64,000 nucleotides of DNA from Ophelia neglecta (lineage: Eukaryota). The stretch covers positions 45,570,001-45,634,000 of the forward strand of contig OZ260665.1 of assembly GCA_965285935.1 (NCBI GenBank), in the 5' to 3' direction. The notes beneath the pieces are model-generated. The model was given only the letters and a program-made list of their open reading frames with translations. It searched no databases and had not been told where the DNA came from. The translations under genes were made by a program, and so were the position numbers. This document shows, piece after piece, positions 40,201 to 54,502 of this stretch (position 1 is its first letter; every line of letters starts with the position of its first letter).

Positions 40201-43200
40201 ATAAGCAAAAGGGTAAATGACTTCGTACTTCATCAAAACGTGGCTTGGATGAAAGGGAGTGGCGGCAATGAATATTGAAATTAATTGGTGATGGGTCAGT
40301 TAAATTGAGAACGCAGTTAATGGTCAATTGTACAGGGGCGACCGTCAGCCTCCCACCCTCCCCCTCACCCGGGAGATAGGACCAAACGTGTGCGCTCCTC
40401 CGTGAACCCACACCCTTGTCACCCATCGAGCCGACCTCTCACTTGACCTCCGACCCCGGCTGCGCCGTTACACACCTGTCCCCATGCCGAACGAGGTTGA
40501 TGGGCATTGTCAACAAAAACAAACTGTCCACTCTGTCATCGCTCGCCATTGAATGACTGACGACACAGTGGTCCTTGTGAATACTGTGAAAAGTGGTGGA
40601 GAGCCACTAGAACAAGTTTGGTCCAATCTGTCACAAACCGAACCCGTCCCAATTAGCTGATAATCACCAGATTTACAGAAAAGATAGGCATCAACCGACA
40701 GATGCCACTAGCTTATAGACTCAATTTCAAAATCAACACAAACGCATATTTACATTTCACAATACCCAGGTTTATTTTACTAATTGTAAGAACGCTACTC
40801 GAGACATTTTTGAATAATTTAAAAGTAATCTAGAATTAAAACAAATCGAACATTGAGAAGAGACTGCATGTGGTAAGCAAGCTATGGGCAGCGATTAATG
40901 GTTTATCATTCATGAGCAACTGTTTTTTTGTGAATTAGAGACTAGAAAATTTGGAAGTCAAAATCTGTACTCCGTTTAAATCAATCCTTAATAGATACTG
41001 ACAAAACTTAGCTCATTGACAATGGATGAGGTCAGGAAGCTAGCTTCAAAAAATCAGATCGATTACCAAAGGCGTCCTTTTTATGAATGTAACACAAAGT
41101 AATTTGGTCGGCATCATAAATGAAAGATAACAATGGGAGAATCAGATACATATTGATACATTACTCCAAACTTTAAGGTCGTCCTCATTTTGGTTGACGT
41201 TTAATCATCATAAGCCAGTTCCTGCTCATAAGAAACCATTGTCACAGATCCCTGTGACATATTGATTCCGTATGAACAACAGTACGCTAAGGTTATGTTG
41301 TTGCTCATTATTAGTCATCTATGGTACACCTAGGCCTTCTTTCATTTAACTCCCGATAAAAGTGAAAATCAGTCGAATTGGAAAGTGTCATTTCATATTT
41401 GCCTTGGTTGCTCTCCAATTTTTCTCTGCTATCGGAATCGCTTAATACCGCTCAGCCTTTCTGTGTCCTAGCAGTTCGTGTCGCTATAGTTTGCCCATAC
41501 TCTTCCCGGCTTAGACCGAGGTCCCTCATCTCTATACCTCACTTCAGTCGACTAATCAAAGAGCTGGGCTGAATGGTAATCAATAATTTGTATCGATTAC
41601 CTTCAGGATATTGGAGGTGCTTAGGGCTGGAAAGGTGTGAAAATTAAATTGTCCATTGTCTCGTTGGCCTCGGTTAAAGCACGCCAGGGATTCCTCGCAG
41701 GCAGGTCCAATATCCGGTTCTCCCAGCCAGACTCAAATAGAACGCGTATTTAACAAGTCTTTTCAATGCACTGCCGTGGCTTTAGTTTGAGTACATTTTA
41801 TTCAGACTTGTCGGTTTGAGGCAGAGAGCACCACAACATATCGTATGAGAGCTCAACTTACGGCGCGAAAACACAATATCCTAGTTCAAATCAAATCGGA
41901 CTAAATTGAGTGTGCACAAATCAGTCGAATGTCAACAATTTTCAGTTGACGGCAGCAAATCAAATAGTTCGAATTTGTCCATCGGCACCTTGGGAGCGCG
42001 GATTAATTTCCACTTATTGACTGTCGTAATAAGGTCTAATGAGAAAGGAGAAGTAAGAGCCTACACACTTTGCTGCGATGGGGCTGAGGGATGAGAAATG
42101 AAGGACGGCATCCCATTGTCTCGCCATCTTTTTAATTAAAGGGTCGGCGGCCACCTGTTCCACTGGGAGCATTGCGTGATATTGCATTTCATGTATTGTC
42201 CACATTGGATAAATGAATTCTCCCTCCTTTGGGTCTTCTGCGTGTCCCTAGCGTCTCCGCCGAGGATTGCACGATCTTCACTTCCGCTCGCGCAATGCAT
42301 CACACACTCATCCGTCTGCCGTTGGGGTCTTTCGGTACTTACCCGACTCTGCAGGGCGAACATGGCGCTTAAGTTCTTAGATTCACGGGTTTACTAATGA
42401 TTATTGTTGGTCATTGTGATGAAATACATCTTTATATTTTCCACTAAGCTTCACAAGCATATAATTTATCATTATTTTTGTTATTCTTTTATTATTGCTA
42501 TCATTTTTATTGCCCATACGGCGAAGATGCGCACTTAATCATCTTCCTGTTGGTTAATCATTAAACAGAAATACATACCATATATACTTGTTCCCTTTAG
42601 CTGCACTTAGGCGATGAATTTACAAACGTTACGGCAATTTCTGTTATAACCACATAGGGTAAGAGAAAGACATACATTATTTTCGATGGCTTTTCAATAG
42701 GCCTACAAAAATGGCCTATACCGTATAAGCGTGGGCCCATCACCATTCGTCAGTGCAATGCGATTGTCTGATCATTGTTCATTAAACTAATTTACACTTT
42801 TTTCATAAACTTGTAATGAATTGATCAGAGAACGAGCATTTAGCGACAGTGTGACCCGACTGGGTCGCCAGACTAGTCAGTAGACCGAGAGACTAGTCAG
42901 AGACAAACTCTGACGACCAACAATATTTATAGCAACCTCCCCGTCGCATTCAGTCAAAACAAGCGCACCGCCTGTCATCGCTGGACCGGCGCTTTTTATC
43001 AGTTCACAATAAAGTTGTGTTTTCCTTGAAAAACATAGTAACCACCTTCATTTGCACAGGTATAACTTTCGGCAAATTATCGCGCACATTTTCGTAGGAC
43101 GCAGAGTGTTTTGTATGCTAAATTTATTTTGATTGTCAAGCCAAACCTTGATTGGCCAACGGAAGCAACATAATTTGAATAATACATACTCTTTATAGCC

Positions 43201-46200
43201 CATAGGGCCTAAAGGCCTATAGGCCTACTTGATGTTAGGTTATATAGATCTAAGCCGTTATCTATTATACAAATAAATATATTATTCATTGGGTAGGCCT
43301 GTAGGGTACTATCCGTTTTGAATAACTCGATGATTGATATTTCTTTGCAGACTAATATTTTACATCTTAATATGGCGCACTCCCTTCCCACTTTGATAAT
43401 TATGCATTCAGTCTGTCAGTCCTTATTGCCACATACTTAGACTTTTATTGTATTAATTATATTTATCATTTATTGTATCACACATCTGCACTTAATTTCC
43501 TGGATTTATACTGGTTGGCATTTTGGTGTTTAAAAAAGTCTCGACGCTCTTTTTAAGACGTAAATGGACAGCGGCTGTTCATTGCATCCCGCCCATAGGA
43601 GCATGCCATGGATGCCTCTCATACATGTTGACACTTAAGACTTTAAAAAACGTCTTGAACACTATTGTCTATCAGCCCTCATTTTGGCGCTTCATTGTTG
43701 TCTGGCGTTATGTCCTGATAGTGATACTTCGTATACTTTCAACTTCCTTATCTAGTTAATTGGTGTATAAGAACTCCTCGTCCCGAGCAGTAGTATGGGT
43801 AATGCGCAGATGCCTGAGACAAGTTGTCACCCTCTCTGAGTAAGACGTGATCTCGGGTTACAGTTAGTCTGTAAACGAGATGACACGGAGGCGATTGGAG
43901 CCTATGGGGAGGTTCTGGGCCATTGACGGGTTAAACAACTTTGGTGGGTATAAAACGGGTGGCTGCGCAGCATTGTGCGCAGACGATAATTTGCTGTATA
44001 AGGAATGACATGCTGTCAGCGTTAGTTGTCTCACGGGCGTCTGCTGAGATATCAGGCTACCATCGCTGAATGGGAGCACACGAAACCACACAATGTTGTC
44101 TCTGGCACCCAACCACAAAAATGCTTTGTGCCCTGACAATCTAATTCAATATTCTCGATGCTCATATTTTAACATTTCTTGTCATGACGCTTTATGATGT
44201 AAGTACTAAGGCTTGTTTTTTTGTGGGGACTTGAATCTATGCTTAGCATATTGGCCTTTATACAATAGGACCTAAGTGTGAGACTCTAGGGGTTCGCTAA
44301 GAGTAACTTCTAAAGGTGAAACATTTTGTTGCCAAAAGCGGAGCAATATGTAAAGGAACAAGAGGAAGGGAATTGTCACCGATCGAAGACATTTAAGAAC
44401 TAACTGAAATCTACGAAAATCTGGACCATAGATATTATGCATGGTCCTTAATTTCTTAGGGACTAAGTCAGCTGATTAAACATTATGCAACGCGTTTAGA
44501 GATCGAATGTCATTTAAGTATTGACGAGCGTTGTGTGAAGACGAATCGCTTGGCAGGATTATCCCTCCTTGACCCGACATTGGCGGAGGGACAACTTCAC
44601 CACGTGTACACAGCTTTCTCAAACGCGTTCGTGCCTTGATCGGATTGATGACCCCTTCCTGCTGAATTGTAGCGGAAGTGGGAGCCACAGCACTCCCATC
44701 CCCCCATTGAAATGTTATTTACGTGTAAAAAGAGTTCGTTTTGTTCTAAACCATTATAAAATGTGTTTGATGATCCCCTCGACAAAACGGATATGATCCT
44801 TTGAGTTTTTGTTTGACTCTAGCTGATGAATGCACAGGGGTCATGTACTGTCCGTACAGTGCCCCTCACTACAGCCTTCACTCGCTCATATTAGAGGGTC
44901 GGCTAATTCAAGGCGTATGTTTACTTACTTACTGTAATATTGATGATTTTCATTACGTTATATTTTATATCGGTGGCTCAACCATAATATTGTATTATAC
45001 CATTGAGGCCTTGTTAAGCCAGGGCAGTTTAGGTCTTGCGGTTTATTTAATATTTTACATGGGTATTTTGGGGCAGACCGGCAAACTCCACTGTTTTGAC
45101 CACATTTCCGTTAAAAAGCAAAGTTGTATATCTATTATCAAATTAACAACTAAGACACCATGCATGTAACAACACCTTCCAAACTGGAAATGACAGTCTT
45201 TAATATGACCACAGTATGAGCGCAGGGTTCAGTCAAAAGTTTCCATCATCCTGAAATTGACGGCAGTCTTTGTCTTGTTACATGGACAGAGTGTCAAGTG
45301 TTTCATTCTCGCTTTCTTTAAGCCAGGCTTTTGATACAACAAACATCTATAGATAGTGACATTTGTTTTTCGTCGTGGTTACTGTCACATTGGTTGTCAT
45401 CCGGGAGAGGTCGCACACCGTCCCGGTGTCGAATTTCTCACGTCTTCCCGCGCCACCCAAGACGAGATCTCGTCTGACGAAACGTCAGGGCGAGGCTGCA
45501 AAGCACCTCTAGCCATGTTTTTCAGGAGATTTCACGCGCCATCAACCGCTAGATTGGCAATTACCAGCTGAATATGACAGTAAGTATCGCCCGTCAATGC
45601 TGACTATACGTCTTGTAATATAAGAAGCAAATAACCCCATAAACCTGCCTCGTGAACTAAAGGTACTTCAGAAAGTGACATAGGTGAGCCCACCGAAGAG
45701 AAAGTATCGGCCGACGTCGCCTGGAGTTTGACAACATTTATACCAAAGACAATCTCGACATATCTGATATGTTTAAGCTCCAGTCCCCAATCCTGGGGGC
45801 GTGATAGGGGATAGTATTTGATGGGAGGATGTTTGTGGACCCTGTGACCGGCAGTTGTAATGGCTATGACCCGTAAGAAGACCAGAGTAGAGGTCAGGGT
45901 TGGCGTTATCACGGCATACAAGGCGGTCCGGGCTGGAGAAGCGGGCAGCCAGCTCCTCAATCCACCGATTGTTTCGGCGATGCCGGTCGCGATAAGACAG
46001 TCGCCTCGCGTCTAGACGCACACACCACAGTCTTGACAGGATCCGACCACCTCCTCCGCAAAAGCTCACACAATCCACTCCAATATCAAAAGCTAAAACT
46101 TAAAAATAAAACTAAATGAAATATTATATGTAAAAGCCTATACTCTTATACTTAAACTTGTCACAGACAAACAGGAAACAAACTTGATTTGTAGAAATTC

Positions 46201-49200
46201 AGGATGTTTCTTTCACAAAAGAAGTTAGCCAAGATATATGTAACAGTTAAACAGGCTTTTGAAAGGCAGTCTGCAATAGTCGAAAAGAAGCATAAAAAAG
46301 CATGTTCGTGAAATCATTGATCTCAATATAATTCTCCAACAGATAAGGAATATCACATTTATCAACGCCATGGAATATAGACATGGTAAATATATATACT
46401 GCTGTTTAGATCTTCTCAAAAACTAGGTTAAGTCGGGCATATTGATAGCCAGGCGACTTTGGGTGCGTCACAACTTCTTTTATAATGAGTGTTCATCCAT
46501 CTCCTGTCGTCTGTTGACGACTGATCGGTCACTTTCGATCGTCGTACAATCAGATATTTATTTAACTACATTTTCCTGCCCAATTTGATCAGTAACAGAT
46601 AAACGCCGCGAGGAATGCTTGCCAATTTAATTACAGGCCTGGCGAGAGTCGAGCTTTGGTTGTGGTAAATAAAATGAAAGGGACCGAAAGACATAGTGTT
46701 TCAGGAGAACCCGGGGGACACGATGATAAAATGTGATGATTTCTCGCTACGCCGCGCAGCTATTTAACATCAGAGCTATAGAATAACTGGCGCCTCTCCT
46801 CAAACAATGCCGAAATCATACAATCTGGAGGACAATGGCAGAGGCCCGCCTCCCCGATCTGGGTCCTGATTGCGAGGGAGCCGAGGCCATCAAGGTGCCC
46901 AGGGGGTTCAGGGCTCTCGCCTGGCTATTGGATCGATGTCTCAGCCCTGGTGAGAGAGGCTGAGACTCCCGGGATCACCCCCGGACCATCGTCTGCTGGA
47001 GGTTTCCTCCAGGTGTCACTCCTCTTACTTGAACCCTTCAACCATGGGGCCATACCATGTGCATGCCAAGAAATGTACAAATTTGTATATATGCTAAATA
47101 AGAAGTATTACAAAAGGGTGATTATCATTATGCCTGGTATGATACCTTACCTACGTAGGGACTTAGTATAAAAGGTTATGGTCGTTTCATCAATCGACTG
47201 TTTCGTCTAAACCTATATAAAATTAAATAAAAGCCACATTATGCCGGAACGTTTCAACAAGTTCAAGACGTTTACATACATTCCTGCAGTCACTGTTAAT
47301 GCTTGTCAGTGGTTATTTCTTAAATCTGCATGGCCATAATTTTTGGTTAGTTTCTCTGATTGTGTAGCACTTGGTATGTCATCAGTCCCCCTTAAAAAAA
47401 GGATTGGTTCTTAAAAGGCCAAACTCCTCATCGTTTGTGGATCATCTCACTCTCCCTGTTTGACGTTTGCTGCTGTAGAGATTAGTCAACATGGTCAAGC
47501 GCTGGACTTTCTCATCTCGGCTGGCTGTCTGACCGGGACCCGACCTGTCAAAACTCAAAAAGACAGCAAGTCGGCCGGTGGCAATATCATATTTGTAGAG
47601 TTCGGCTTAACTGTGTAATTACAATAGTTTGTTGATTTTAGCGGCTCTTATACAGGCAGGGGAGCTTGTTACTCTGTATATGTTTGATTTCCTTGACAGC
47701 TCTGCGACGCAGGGGGTCGGCTGACGAGAAACACCCTTAAGGTCAGGCGGACTCAAAGGTCTCCACTTTAAGGTCCAACAATTTTCCATTAAATTATTAG
47801 CATAGAAATTGTCGTTTCCTTGTTCCAGAATTGATGTATTCCACTTTTTGCAGACTTGAACAAACGATGTATCATAATCATTCAGAGCTGACACTATAGA
47901 CACGAAAGATACCGGCGATGTAAAATGTTGATTTAGTCTTCTTTTAAGATTAAATCCAAACAACTTTTCTGAGTACGGGCACATTTTGAAGCCAGCACCG
48001 GGTTTGCCCACGGGCTAGGCTATCTACGATACCCATATTTCTATACAAAACACGCAATACACGAACCTTATGATTTGAGCAATCATGCATTGATCAATTT
48101 TCTTTCAATATTAGGCCGCCATGTTTCCAAGGAAATTAACCTACTGATTATAATGAATTAAGTTCGATGTAGAATACCAGGAGATAGGCTACCCTAGGGC
48201 ACTGGGTGCTATAACATTTGTGTGAAGTCAATATTGACTTGCCTCGATCTGTCACTAACTAGCCCCCCTTGATTTGAAAATTAATATACTTGTGTTCTAA
48301 TTAAAGCCAGAGGCTGCTATTGTCAACTTCCCTGCCAATTAAACAATAATTATTGCGCCGATAGAAAGTCTGTTACAGTCAAGATTGTAAGTTTTATGGG
48401 GTTAATTAATTTTCGACGTTTCTCATTACTCCAGCCGAGTTTACTTTCACCCCCGACAATAACGAGGGCGCGTGCCTCATTTCCGTGCCAATATTAACTC
48501 ACAAATTCTCAAATTCTGTATTCACATAGTCTATCCATGGCTCTCTGCGAGGCTGGCGGTTTCCTTGCCGGTTTTCCCACTCACAGTTTCGACCTTGCCA
48601 CCAGCGTGTGGCGGGTTTTTATAAAGTTCCTACCTCACATCATTAACGTTGGTTTCAGGGTGGTCACTCAACGGAGACAAACCTCCGAGCTGTGGTCGGG
48701 GGCAGAGGGTTAAACGATCATTGTAACATCAACACCGCATCATAGAGCGTGTTAAATATCAAAGAACTCGAAACAAAATTAAGCCAATTATATAAAAATG
48801 AAACTTGTTTAATCACAGGTATGTGGCGGTGGATTTCATATTTCAATAAGTTTGTCAGGGCAGGTGGTCTGCTCGCACAAATGGACAGGGTGGGACAGTC
48901 CAAGAGAAAGAAGCAAATTATCCACTAAAAAGCGGCATGCGGTGGACGTCGATTGTGCAGGTGTGCTGCGGAAAATGCTCCCATTGAAAGGTGACCATAT
49001 TAGCTCCAAACAAATCTTTCTAAGATCAATCGTTAGCAACTGAAAAGAATTCGCATGCGGCGCTATTCAGCACTGGATGTTTTCAATCCGTTGCCCGTCG
49101 AATGCGTGCATGCGTGTGATCCGGCTACAGCCACTCTGCGATAAGAACTTTTTGCCAATTTACCGACTTGCCAAATAAACACCGGCGATTATGATTGATA

Positions 49201-52200
49201 CATTTTATGCGCCACAATACAAGTTCCCTGCTCGGCAGAGTGAGACGCTAGACTGATCTGATCTGCTACCGAGCAGACACTGCCTCAGATACAAGGCTGC
49301 TAAAAACAATCTTAAAACTCGATACAAAATGATAAATGTTTGATTATTAAAACAGGATAAATTGGTTAGATGGAACATCGAATGACCTTTGGGTGAGACT
49401 ATTGCATGGCTAGATGTATCCTAGGTAGATCAATAGATTTTCTTTTTTTTTCTGATTTTCTACTTTAATTTGCTCACATTTTGCCCAAACTCAAGGTTCT
49501 CTAAAGCCTTGTTGTAATTATTTAGTATTGTTTCAATTTTAGCACCATTGCATGGCCTTTTGCTAGATCAATCGGAGTGTATTAAATCGGTGTCATTTCG
49601 GCCTTTCAGGCTGGCAAATGGACAGTGCTTACCTGGGCTTGAATTGTCCGTACTTACCACAGAAACAATACGCCTGATTTAATTATGGTCTCTTGATACT
49701 TCATGGATGTTTAGGTCTTCACAAAACTTGGTTGCAGTTGTTGGTGCGTTGTGACACTAAGCCTTGAAAAGGCGTCGAGGCATACATAAGGTGGCCAAAT
49801 ATAGGTGTCATTTACTCGTTATCTAGCGAGAAAGATTAAAGTCCACACCTGCAAATTACTGAAAGGAATTCGACTCATCTTCAATGGGCACTGATTTGAT
49901 CTGGGCATTCCGATGATCAGGTGACAGTCGTTTTGTTCGCTGGAGACAGTAATTTTCTCCAAATGTAAGTTCAAAGCAGAAGGAGTATCACAATTAACAA
50001 ATTAGCAATACTTTAAGAATATATAATATTGGCCTAGACTTTTATTTGAACCGACGTTTTAGAACAACACTACATTGTATAGGCAACTTTAAACAATAAC
50101 TAATGGAAAATGGTGCCATGGAGACTAACTACTCTAGTGCATCGCTCGATTGGAGAAATTCAGAACACTGCTCCCTGGATCATATAATGTGGGCAAATAC
50201 GATCAAGGAACCCCCAGCCTTCGAAAATTTCCATTAAAGCTTCTAGAGGCACGGGTTTGAATTCAATATTATTTCCTGGTGTTAAATTCATTGTTTGCGA
50301 ATATGGGGCTTCCCTCGGAATTACTCAGGCCCTTCTCCCCAACTCGCCCTCCTCAATCTTAGGGAAGTAACCAATACCTATTCTGTATAGCTGAATAACG
50401 TACAAATAAAAAGAGCGTACAAGGAAAAACTCGACTTGTGTTAAAGCTATCTGAAATGAATAAATGTGACTACATATTTATATTTTTTCAATATAGGCGA
50501 TATATAAGCAGCACTCTCAAAAACGAGCAGTACAAGTTGAAATGGGTTATGGTGGGGCTGGTGGTGGGTTATATATATACACATCACTTTATTATTATGA
50601 ACTTTGCAGATCACAGACCTTGCACACACTTTCGACCGCACTGCAGATTAGTTATATAAAGGGCAAATTATTATTTATCTATCAGTAAGAAATGCTAATG
50701 TAATAAGTGTCTAACCGATGCGGTTACTGGTTTGTTGATGTGATTCAGAGCTTCATCCATCTCATCTCACTTGAAAAAAGCGGATAGCAGCGTAGCCAGG
50801 TCGCGTGACGCACACAATTTGTTCTTTATTTGTTGATTCAGACGCAACTTGCCCCGATCAATAGATGCTAAGTCGTGAATATTAATCGTTGGCGAGGTAA
50901 ATCCGGGAGCAGTGACCGTGCACAATATTTCGGGCTCTGCAACAGAGGGGTTTAAAACCGGACTAGGCATTGTGAAATCGCACTGTATCCTGCTCAGTCA
51001 ATAGTTTAAGTGCTCAATGGTTTAATTTTACTCCCAATTGAGAGCGATTGTATTGTGGTATGGATTAACCCATTAAGACCCGGATCGCCGCCTGAGAGCA
51101 GACTTAGCGTGAAATCCTTCGTTTCTGTTCATTCTATAAACGCCTCTGTCCCCCAGCACATGCACGTTTATCATAGCTGGCATGCATAAATCTAGCCAAC
51201 TAATTACCTTAGTATATGAAATATCAATGAAATCTATCCCACGAGCCTACTTTAGTAAATATATGCGTCTATTTCATTGGAAAGCGTTAAGTTAATTGAA
51301 AAAACTAAAGATCTATATAGGAGCCCCACGTTAACCTATACGTGTTTACATGGATTATTTATATTTCGTGAAAGCTGCCATAAAAATCTTATCAATCAAA
51401 ATTTGTTTTGTTTGGAAGAAATATGTGCCCTATACATAGGCCTACATAGCGTAGTGCTACAATGGAACATTAACCGAACACAGAGAGTTCCAGAATTGAT
51501 GAGAGATAGGGCCTGGACATTTCTGCAGCAAGGCTTGCGTGGATACCATCGTGAGACATTTAGTTGCACTTTGGGTAAAGGCTTTTGTAGATCGAAAAAA
51601 AGTAATGGAAAGGTCAAGCAAAGTGGTCTACGACATTCACACTAATTGGGATGACACATGTATCATAACTTATCATTGATTTAGCTGGCATTAAGCGGCT
51701 GTCGATGTGCATGCGAACTGAATCTTTATTAAACCAATAAATGTTATTAGGTGAATATTGGAACCGAATCTGAACGACGTGTAACAGTTATTTACTTGTG
51801 ATATTTGAAGTGCATTGTCTAGACGTATCGCATTTAAAAGTGAAACCTTATGGCAAAGGTGATGTAAAAACGCTCACAGATTGAAGAAAAACGAATCTAT
51901 AATAGATTTATTTAGGAAAGCATGCGTGTATGTAGATATATACATATATATTTAGGCCTAGGCCTACAGGACTAGTGTGTGGGTGATGGTTGTGTTCTTT
52001 CCAACACTCTCTCTGTCTTGGACATGGGTGTTTCTGTGTAAACTCCCAGTGCTGCTTTGATGAGAACCAAATCGTTTGGTGTTCAGCCTAATCATAATGT
52101 ACGGTATCAGATCAGATTGACTGTATCACATTTATCAACTTTATCGTATCGCTGTCGATTCTGCACTGTTTCAGAACGAGTGAGCTGAACAGTCTCGTGT

Positions 52201-54459
52201 GACAAGGCCCTTCTCAAACTAACCCGCCAAACCGGACGGGACATCCGAGTCAAACTAAACATCGGTAGAAAGATCTAGTTGGTATCGAATTTTCCAATGC
52301 ATCAATAGCGTATTGATTGTGTACTTTTGAGAGTAGACAGAACACAATCGGAATCAGGCCGTTTCCTCAGCATCTTGAGGGACTGCTTGAAATACATACA
52401 CTTGTACACAGGCCTGCGTAAACATCGGAGAGCATATAAGGTTACAGGGCGAGTTGGCCACGGAGCACCCTCTTAGACAGAGACTGCATTCAACAAGACA
52501 GTCCTTGAAACGGCCGAGCCTCAAGAAAAATACAAAGATTTCTACAGCGCAAAATGCCTTGAATTGGCCCTCGAGTCTCGAGCTCTCTTTGTAGTTTCGT
52601 CGGCAAACCTCTTGAATGCTGGAAAAGAACATCAACTTTGGTGAAGTGATGGGCTCGCGGAGGTGAAAAGGAGGAAGCGTCGGCTGAACAATGGCGGCTC
52701 TCTCAAAGCGCAGGAGGATTACACGCTGAAGGGCTCGCTGGGAATTTATCACTAAATGAAGCTGATTAGAACTTTAGGTGTTTAGAGAAGGCAGTATATA
52801 CATGCATTGTATACAACAATAGAAGCATTATTCCTTGCAGGTTAAATGTCCCCTTCAAAACTTCCCATGTTTAACCTTCTAATTCCTTGCCTCTGACTAA
52901 ACGTTCACATAGACCGGATCAGTGCTATTTCAAAGTATTCCATTCCAAAAGATTAAGTTTCCATTTAATTTACATTCATAAAATATTAAGCATATATTTG
53001 TTTCATCGCTTGAGATATATTAGATTTATAAGCATGCGTTGGAGTTATTAATAAAGGCAACCGTTATTAATCAGGGAAACTTCTACCTAGAAAATTGAAA
53101 AGAAAACGCAAATCATGTAAACATAGCACCTATTTAGGCAGGTGTTTAAATAGGTTTTCATAAAGAACCGTGTTTAATGTGCATGGTTCTTTTTAATGTA
53201 GTAAGGCCTACGACTTGAACACCTTACAGTTAACTTACTTTATTTTATTGTCTATTGTCCTGGAGCCAAAATAAATGTCTGTGGTTATTTCAGCGATTGA
53301 AACCCTTTAATTAAAATTTCTTCACATTAGCCGGGCGTTGTGTGGCTGAATACAACCGTACTTTACCTCATTACCTTAAACGTCGAGACCCGACAACACA
53401 CGAGGGGCAATTTCTTAATTGACCCTCTTTAGTTTTATTCGGCCCTATGGTGGTGATTTGGTAGAAAAACAAACACACCTTGGTGAATAGGGGCTTGATT
53501 ACGTTGGCTAGCCAGTGGTCATCCTCTATTGTTGCCAAATAGCCGCAAATTACCCCGGGCCTAGCTAAGTATGGTCCCTCGGGAGAAAATTGCTGGCCGA
53601 CACGACATCGGGTCTGCCAGCGTGACACGTTGTATATATCTAGGAAATACCGCAAATATTCGGCAAGGCGGTGGGTCGCCGGCTCAAATGAGGCTACCCC
53701 TTCCTCTCCGCATACTTCACTTATCTCGGTTTATGTTCATTAATTTCTGGTGCCAGTTCAGTTTTAGGTGAAATTTCATTTAACCTGCCAACAATTTGAA
53801 AGATGGCCGAAAACGAGGAGTGGCAGGAATTAACGTTACTTTCCGGTCTGCACCACAGTTTGTCTTACAATTATTCAACCTAATTATTTAGATTCATATG
53901 CCTATGGCCCGTGTACAGTAATATATCATACACCACTTTAGACCTATTTCGTTTTCGCTTTTCCTAAAATTGATTTCAAAGGCAAATCATAACATATAGT
54001 GTATTGCAGTAGGCCTACATCTTAGGTCAACCAGATAGGATCATTTATTTGACATTTATTAACTAAATGTACCTAATAATTAGTAATATATAGGTATATA
54101 TTAATAAAACTTTTCTTCGTTTGATATGCTTGTAATTCGACCGAGTTTGAATGGCTTAGATTGTTTACTAATTTGTTTGATAAAAAGGAGCTTACTGCTC
54201 ACTCTGTATATTTTTGGAATGATCACTTTAAAAAAATCAAGTTTTTTTAAGACTTTAGAGGAATGGGTTAGGAACTTAGACGAAAGACAGGTATCTATAC
54301 AGTTATTGTTTTAGGTAAAATAGGCCTATACAATAGGCCTGAAGACAGGCCTATGGTAGCAATGTCATAAGCGATCAGATATAGGGATCATAGATATAAT
54401 ATCTATAATTTAACTAAATACTTAGCAAAGATTGTTTCAAAAACATGACTTTTGATTAT

Positions 54460-54502
54460 TACAAACACAAGACAAACAAACAGGTAAGATTATTTTTTTA
54501 TT
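54460..54502 (-). terminator. Islet polyadenylation signal with GU-rich downstream element
   Basis: Minus-strand AATAAA at 54502-54497, followed ~15 nt later by tgtttgtttgtcttgtgtttgt. Confidence 0.65.

Noticed and set aside
45460-45488. 16-bp perfect palindrome AGACGAGATCTCGTCT with an adjacent small hairpin
   Set aside because: About one such palindrome is expected by chance in 64 kb.
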